The notes beneath the pieces are model-generated. The model had not been told where the DNA came from. It searched no databases and saw only the letters and a list, made by a program, of their open reading frames with translations. The translations under genes and the position numbers were made by a program. From NCBI GenBank assembly GCA_049603795.1, contig JBMYSY010000015.1, positions 47,531 to 111,530 of the forward strand: a stretch of 64,000 nt of DNA, given 5' to 3'. Below, one piece after another: positions 39,501-48,500 of the stretch. The stretch's first letter is position 1, and every line of letters starts with the position of its first letter. Origin of the DNA: Magnetovibrionaceae bacterium. GTDB lineage: Bacteria; Pseudomonadota; Alphaproteobacteria; Rhodospirillales; JBMYSY01.

Positions 39501-42500
39501 ACGCGCGAAATCTTCGAGCGCGGCGGCGGATCCTCCCACGCGCTTCGGGTCAACACCAACGGGGCGCTGAGCTGGTATGTCTACCAGGGTATCTCGATGT
39601 CTTCGAGCGCCGGAGATGTGACGACGGGCGGCTGGCACCATGTGGCCGCCACCTTCAAAGACAACGAATCCGCATACCTTTATGTGGATGGCGAGGAAGT
39701 CGCCTCCACGACTTCCGGGGTCGGGACGTCCTGGAAGTCCGGGACCACGGCGGACTTGGGACGGGGCTTTGACGGGCAGTTGGCCGACATGCGGGTCTGG
39801 AGCGTTCAGCGCAGCCAGGCCGAAATCCAGGCGGACATGAACCACTTCCTGAACCCCGATACCACCGTCGGGCTTTCTGCGAACTGGCGCTTCGAAGACG
39901 GTGACTCGGCTGTCACGGCAGAGGATGAATCCAGCAGCAACCTGGATGCGACGCTGAACAGTGCTTCGCTGGAAGACACCACGCGTGTCCAGGCGACGGC
40001 AGATATCATCACGGCGGAAGATTCGGCCTATGGCGGCGTGATCCAGGTCGATCAGGTCGATGGCGTCACCTACACCTATGGCGTAGCCGCCAATGGCGAT
40101 CCATCCAATGGCACGCTGACCGTGGACGCGAACCTCGGCACCTTCGTCTACACGCCGGATGCCAATTACAATGGCTCCGACAGTTTCACTGTGACCGTGA
40201 GCAATGGCACCCTGACAACGACGAAGACCATTACCGTTTCGGTCACATCGGTTGAAGACCGTGTGACCTCTGACGTCACCGACTCTGGCGGCACGCCGAT
40301 CACGTCGTTCAGCACGGACGAGGATACGCCCTACGCCGGCAAGGTAACCGCCGTCGATCCGGAAAACACCACGCTCACCTATAGCGTCGATACCGACCCC
40401 GCCCACGGAACGCTGACGATCAATTCCTCGACCGGGGACTGGACCTACACGCCGGACGAAGAATACCGGGGTTCGGATGCCTTCGCGATCAAGGTCGTCG
40501 ACGGGGCGGGGCTGTCTTCCCTGAGCGAGATTTCCGTTGCGGTGAATTCTGTCGACGATGCGCCTGTGATCACCGGTGTCCGTTCCGACGATGGTCCGCT
40601 GACCTTCGATGGGTCGGATGACGTGCTCTCCGCCTCCGCGGTCAGCTTGGGAACGGGCGACTTTTCGCTGGAAGCCTGGATCTGGATCGATCCGGCGGCA
40701 ACCGGCGAGAACACGATTCTGGATACTCGGGACAACTTCACCGGCGTGGTGTTTGGCGTGAGCTCTTCCGGCACGTTGGCACTGGGCCTGAATGACGGAA
40801 CCAATTCGGTCGAGTTGTTCGGGACCACGGCGATCCAGGAAGCCCAATGGGTCCATGTCGCTGCCACGGCGGATCGGTCCGGGAATGGTTCACTGTTCAT
40901 CAATGGAACCGCTGAAACGCTGAGCGGCGGCGGAACGACGAAGGATGTTTCCTCAGTAAACCTGACCTTGGATGGATCACAGCCGACGTTGATCGGCGGG
41001 CCGAGCGCCAATTCTACGGCGACGACCTGGGACCCGTTCCACGGCAAGATTTCCGATGTCCGGGTCTGGTCGGATCTGCGAACCTCGACGGAAATCTCGG
41101 ATGCCGCATCCGGAGATGCTCTGGCCGACAGTACGGGGCTTCTGGCTTCCTGGGATCTGGAGGCCGTGCGCCAGGGCAAGGTTATCGATACTTCCGGCAA
41201 TGGTCATGATGCCACGCTTGGCGCGGATGCCGGGGCCGGTTCGGACGATCCGTCGCAAACCGTCACCCATTTCGAACGGGCTGCGACCTTTGAGGGGCAA
41301 ACCAGTTCGCGTATCGATATCGCGGACAGCAGTGGCGACTACAACACCAGCGAGTTCACGGTCGAGGCCTGGATTTATGTCGATGATCTGAGCTCGAGTG
41401 CGACAATCTTTGACCGGGGTCCGGGAACATCCCACAGGCTGACCCTGAATACCAATGGCTCGCTCTACTGGTATGTGTATCAGGGCGGGACGGCGACGTC
41501 CCCGGCGGGCTCGGTGACGGTCGGGGAATGGATTCACGTCGCGGCCACCTTTACCGATGACGACTCCGCCTACATCTATGTGAACGGCGAGGAGGTTGCC
41601 TCTGATACCTCCGGTATCGGAACCTCCTGGAAGGGTGGTTCATCGGCCCTGATCGGCGAAAATCTGGATGGTCAGATGGCGGACGTCCGGGTCTGGAGCG
41701 AGGCACGAACCCAGGCCGAAATCCAGGCCAACATGAATACCTTCGTGGATGCCGGTTCCAACCCGACCCTGCAGTCAAACTGGCGTCTGGATGACGATGC
41801 GAACAGCACGACCGCAGTGGATTCGGGCAATGCCGGGAACAACGGTGGCCTGAACGGTTCTTCGTCCATCAGTACGGCCCTGCCGCCCAGCTTCGTGAAC
41901 GCGGCTGACGGTGTTTACACCGATGAAATGACGGTGCTGGAAAATGTGGCCTTTGAAGGATCCGTCGGCTCGCCGGACGGCGACAAGGAAGGTCTGACGT
42001 TTGACCTGGCCAGTGGTGGCGAGCCGTCAAACGGTACGATCACGCTGGACGGCGGGACCGGTCAGTTCACCTACACGCCGGACGACGACTACACCGGTGC
42101 AGACAGTTTCACGGTCGAGGTGTCGGACGGGACAACGACCACCTCCAAGACCATCTTGGTCAAGGTGGCGGCTTTTGACGAAGCGCCTCAACTGCAAGGC
42201 ATCGCCGCAGATCTGCCAGTCCTGCAGTTCGATCCGGACGAGACCATTATCGGCGGTGTGCGTGGCACCTCCGACGCGCTGGCGATCATCGGCGATATGA
42301 CCCTGGAAGGCTGGATCAATCCGCGCGAATTGCCGACAGGCTCCGACATCTACCTGATTGCGAGCTTCCGGGGCGAGGGTGATACGGCGGCGGCCAACGA
42401 GCTCTACTCCATCGGGCTGAACGCCGCAGGCGATCTGGTCTACCAGCACGAATACGCCAACGGGTCGAAAGAAACCCATGTCTGCGATGCCAACCTGACA

Positions 42501-45500
42501 GCAGGCGATTGGGCGCATATCAGCCTTGTGCGGGACGACACGGGATCGGGCGGTACGGTTCAGCTTTATGTTGATGGTCAGGCCGCCGATACGCCGAAGA
42601 CCTATACCAATTCACCCACCGGTGGGGCGGACAGCGAGTTCTTCATGGGGCTGGCCGGGACCGACGTTAAGGGCTTTGACGGTCAGATGTCAGGCCTGCG
42701 TCTCTGGAGTGAGGCGAGAACCGCAACGGAGGTCGAGGCAGCCTACGATCAGGTCATCACCGACCCAACGGCCGAGACGACCCTCGTGGCCGACTGGCGA
42801 ACCAGCGAAGACGAACTGCGCACGCTCACCGACCAGACTGGTAACGGTAACGCGCTGGTGGTCGGCAACATCACTTCTGCTGCCGAACACAACGTCAACA
42901 CACTGGCGAGCTATGTCAGTTTTGATGGTGTTGATGATGCGGTTCGGATTGCATCGGCCGACCTGACGAACCTGAACGGTTCGGCTGCGCAGACCTGGAC
43001 GGCCTGGTTCAGAACTGACGGCAACTGGGACACCGATAACGGCAGCGGCGGCGAAACCGCCATGCTGATGGGCCGGACGGACAGTTCTTCTTCTCTCAAT
43101 GGCGTCAATGTCCTGATCAGCAAGACGAACGGGGCCCTATCCGTCGAAGCCAAATCCGGTACGACGTCCGTTCATTCGACCTCCGACACCTCCACAGACG
43201 TGACAGACGGCGAGTGGCATCACGTTGCCGTTGTAATGGATCCGGATCTTGGCGCGGACGGTGCGCTGACACTGTATGTGGATGGTCAGGAAGCCGGCAG
43301 TTCCACGGGAGCCGGTACCTGGTCCATGAACGGCAACGACTTCCGTATCGGTGACTCCCTTGTCCAATACTGGGAAGAGTTCGTTGGCGATGTTGCCGAA
43401 GTGAACATCTACACCGGCAGCCGGTCGGCGGCTGAGATCGCCGCCGAAGCCCAGGCGGGTGTCTATCCGGATGACAACACGCTCGCCCTGCAACTCGGGT
43501 TCGATCAGGGGACGGGCGGTACGGCCTTCAACAGCGCTGTGGGCACTGGTGCTTTCGCGGACGGCCACGGGACCCTGTCGGGTGGAACCGTCTGGCACAA
43601 TGCGGCACCATTGGGGATCACAACGGCCAATGCCAAGGGCCTGGACCTGAATGGCACCTCGACCTCGGTCGGCATCAGCAGTGTTACTTTGCCGAACAAT
43701 GCTTTCACTGTCGGCCTCTGGGCAAAGCTGGATTCTTCCAGCGGTTACGAAGATCTAATCCGGCTTGGTGGGACCGATGGGGCCTTTGCGATTTCGGTTG
43801 GCTCTGAAGGCGAGATCCAGTTCTCCGTCGGCGACGGTGTCTCTGGCGATACGGTCAACAATGCGGGCAACCATGGTTGGCAGTATGGCGAGTGGCATCA
43901 CTGGACCTTGTCCTATGACGGGTCGACGGCAACGCTATTCATGGACGGCGCTGCGGTCGCAAGCGTCTCCCCCATCAGCCTGACCGTTTCGGATGCGGAT
44001 GGTGCCATGACCATCGGCAGCGGTGCGGGCTTCGCGGACGGCATCATCGGCGAGGTGACGCTGTTCAATGCCGCCATGCCATCAGATCAGATCGCAGAGC
44101 TTCAGTTCGGCCCCAGCGATGATACCTTGCCCTATCTGATCGGCCATTGGCCGCTCGACGAAGGCACGGGAACCATCGCCCGTGACATTTCGGGCAATGC
44201 CAATCACGGAGCCATCACGGACCCGGTCTGGAGTGAAGCTGCGGCACCTGCAGTCAGCCAGGTGCAATTGGTCGAAGAGGATCAGGCGGTTCGTGGCCAG
44301 TTCGTGATTGTTGATCCGGACGGCGGTTCGACGACGATCTCCAGCCTGACGGTCAGCGATCAGCCGGACAACGGCTCGGTCACGGTGACCCAGGTCGCGA
44401 GTGGTGTTTACGAATACGTTTACAGCGGGAACAAGGACTTCAACGGGACCGACAGCTTTACGGTCACCATGACCGACAGCAACGGCCTGGAAAGCCAGCG
44501 CACCGTGACCATGGACGTGCGGCCACGCAACGACGGCCCGGACACCGGTCAGCCGGGTGGCGCGCTGGACTTGGGGGCGACCGACTATCTGCACAGCTCG
44601 AATACGGCTTTCAATCCGGGGACATCGGACCTCACGGTCGAAGGCTGGTTCTATTACGATGGAACGAACCCCAACGCGACGCGCACGATTGTTTCCAAGG
44701 GCAGCGGGACGACCCTTGATCCCGGCTGGAACATCGCGATCGACGACGATGGCTCCACCAGCACGCTCAGCATCAAGGTTGCCGGGGTTGGCGGGAACGC
44801 TGTCACGCTGGACAAGGATCTGACGGGTAATATTCAGACCGGTTGGCACCATGTTGCCATGGTCATCGACCAGACGGCGGATACCGTGACCGCCTACTTG
44901 GACGGCTCGACCAGCGGGTTCAGCGGCAGCCAGGACCTCGGTGCCCTGACGACAACCATTACGACCACAAAATCGTTCGTGGTCGGTGCCGAGGACGAGA
45001 CAGGATCGTTTAGCGCACACTTCAAAGACCGGGTCGACGAGATCCGCGTCTGGAGCGAGGCGCGCACGGAAGATCAGATCCTGGAGAACATGGAGAGCAT
45101 CATCTCTTCCAGCTCCGAGTCGAGCCTTGTGGCGCAGTACAGCTTCGAGAACGCGTCCAGCCTGGGCCAGGATTCCGCGGACAGCTCTGCGATCAATCTC
45201 ACGGCCCAGGGCGGTTCTCAGGCCGGTGCGCCGCCGGCCATGGCACCGTTCCACAACGAGGTGTTGGATGTCGCGGGCGACGGCTATGTCAGCCTGTCCG
45301 GTTCAGCAGATCACGATCCGGGCACCGGCTCGGTGACGGTCGAGATGTGGTTCCAGAACTTCGATTCCAATGGCAGCCGCCATTACCTGATCGACGAGGG
45401 CAACCTCTACTCCGCCTATATCGAAGACGGCACCCTGGTGGTCGATTTGACCACGGATACGCCGGCCAGCAATGCCAACAGTGCCCAATGGCGCTACGAA

Positions 45501-48500
45501 CTCGGTACCCAGGATGAAGACTGGCACCACCTGGCCCTGGTCATCGACCAAAGTGGCTCCAGCGGCGAATTCCGGGCCTACCTGGACGGCGCGGCGACGG
45601 GCTGGACCCAGGGTGATTACAACAGCAGCTTCACCAAGGGCACGCTGACCGATTCAGCCAGCCTGGTGTTCGGCGCGAATTCGGGTGGTCTGGAAGGCTT
45701 CGACGGTCTGATCGATGACGTACGAGTCTGGAATTTGGCCCGCACGGAAGCCGACATCGCCAAGGACATGGACCGCAATCTGGAAGGCAACGAGACCGGT
45801 CTGACCGGCTATTGGACCTTCGACGAAGGTGTCGGCACCCTTGTCTATGATCTTGCAGGAACCCACAACGGGACTGTCACCAATGGCGAATTCCTGAGCC
45901 AGCGCAGTCAGGTCCTTGTGGAACCGGGCGATCCGATCAGTGTCCGTCTCACCGCAGCCGATGTGGATGGTGACGAGCTGACCTACAGCATCACCTCTGT
46001 CACCGGCGGTGCCGCCACCGTGAACGGTGACAGCGGCGTCATGACCTTTACCGCACCGGAGACAACGGGCAATTACACGGTCAACTATCAGGTGACGGAT
46101 CCGGATGGGCGCTCCAACACGGGTTCGGTGTCGTTCAGCGTCGCCCTGCCGGAAGTGGCGATCCAGGGGGCGGAGGCCGATACCACCGTTCTACAACTGG
46201 ATGGCCAGAACGATTTCCTCGATGTCCAGGGCGATCTCGGCACACTGGAAGACTTCACCTTCGAGACCTGGATCAACCTCCGCGAATTGCCGCCGACCTC
46301 GAATGACCTCTATTCGCTGCTCTCCCAGAACGGCTGGGCTCTGGGCGATCTGCACGTGAACATTCTGAGCGACGGCACGATCGAATTTGCCCGCAACGGC
46401 GATAACCCATATGCGACGACGAGCGATCTGTTCACCGGATCGGGCCAGGGCCTGTTGAACCAGTGGGCCCATGTGGCGATCGTGGCCGATGGATCGGCCA
46501 ATACCTTTGATATCTACGTGAACGGCGATCATCTGGAGACCGTCAACGATACCATCGGCGGTACCTTCGACCTGTCAGATGCTTCTTTGGGCGCCTGGCA
46601 GGCCGACAGCGGACTCGTGAGCCGCCATCTGCCAGCCTCGCTCGATAACACGAGGCTCTGGTCCGATGTGCGCAGCGCCGACGAAATCAAAGCCAGTTTC
46701 CAGCTTTCCGATCCGGTTTCCAAAGACAACCTGACAATGAACCTGACCTTTGATCAGGAATCGGGCGGGGCCTACGTGGACAGTTCCGGCAACAGCCACC
46801 ACGGTGCCTTTACCGAGCGGGCCGGCGCTGGCCAGGCTGGCGCGCCGAACGGCTATGCGACCGCACTGAACGGCTCGACGGACTACATCGTTACGGCAGC
46901 GACGGGAACCTATACGGATTTCACGGTCGAATCCTGGGTCCGCGTCGATACGATGCCGGGCAGCGAGGATGTTGATGTGCTGTTCGGAACCGACAATTTC
47001 GTCGGTGGCGACTTCACGGTTGATCTGTATCACAAGTCCGGCGACGGCAAGACCTACCTTCGCTATGCACCGGGTGTCGGGGCTGGAAGTGCGGTCGCGG
47101 AAGTGGAAATCGACCCGACGACGTTTGAAGGTCTGTTCAACCATGTTGCCGTTAGCTACGACGCGAACAGCGATACGATGAAGTTTTATGTCAACGGCAG
47201 CCTCGTGCATACGGACAGCCCCTACGGTATCGCTGCCGTGCAGGTCGATGGTTTCCGAGTGGGCACCTATAATGACGGAACGAGTAATGCCCGGTTCCTC
47301 GATGGTGCTTTTAGTGATGTTCGCTTCTGGTCGGATGTTCGCAGCGAGAGCGACATTCAAAACTCGATGTATACCGATACGCCGACCAATGCCGACAATC
47401 TGGTCTTCAATTACAAGCTGGATGGTCAGGCGGACGGTGGCGTTGCTGACAGTTCCGGCAATTCGAACAACGGCACGATCCAGGGCCAGGCCGGGACGAT
47501 TGTGGGCGGTGTCCAGGAGCTTTCGCCGCCGCCGGCAGCGCTGACTTTCGACGGTACGGATGACCGCATCGAAGTCACGGACCTGCAGGCTGCTCAGAAT
47601 GCCTTCACCTTCGCCTTCTGGGGGAATGTGCAGTCGTCCTATGCGGGTTCGGCCCACGACTACGCCATTCAGTGGGGCGACAATGGCGACAACAGCGCCC
47701 TGCGGTTCGAATATGGGCCGGAAGGTACGATTTTCGCTTCCATCGGCAACGGCAGCACCCTTGTCGAACACTCGGGCGTTGGTGTGGATGTGGGATGGGG
47801 CTACGACGAATGGCACCACTGGGCGGTCAGCTACGACGGCAGTCGGGTTACCATCTACATGGATGGTCAGGAGGTGAACTCCTTCGCGGCCACGCTCGAT
47901 ATTACGGGGGCCGACGGCAAGCTGCGCGTGGGCGACGGTTACACGACCGGAGCTGAATTCGATGGCCAGATGGCGGACTTCCAGTACTGGTCCACGGCGT
48001 TGGGTTCCAGCGCGATCAGTGCCGTCAAGAATGGCAACATCACCGGGAACGAGGACGGCCTGGGGCTTTGGTGGCCGATGCAGGAAGGCTCCGGAACCGA
48101 TCTCTTCGATGCTTCGGGTAATGGCTTCGATGCAACGGTGACGGGGGCAACATGGGCGGCGGATGCCAACCCGGATGTCCACGACGAACAGGCCGTTGTC
48201 GAGGCTTTCCAAGGAGCCCCAGTTACCGGTCAGGTGGCAGCGACGGATCTTTCCGGCGACACGATCACCTTCTCGGCTTCCGGTGCCGACGGAGGGGCGG
48301 AGTTCGGCACGCTGACGGTCGGCTCGACCGGTATCTACACCTACACGCCGGATGACGGCTTCTTCGGTACCGATTCCTTTACCGTGAAGGTGACCGCCGG
48401 GGGCGAAGAGGAGTACCAGCGGATCACGGTCAACGTGGCCCCTGCCGGGGATCGCGAAATCGATAGCATATCCGATTTGGACGGCATCAACGGCTTCGAG

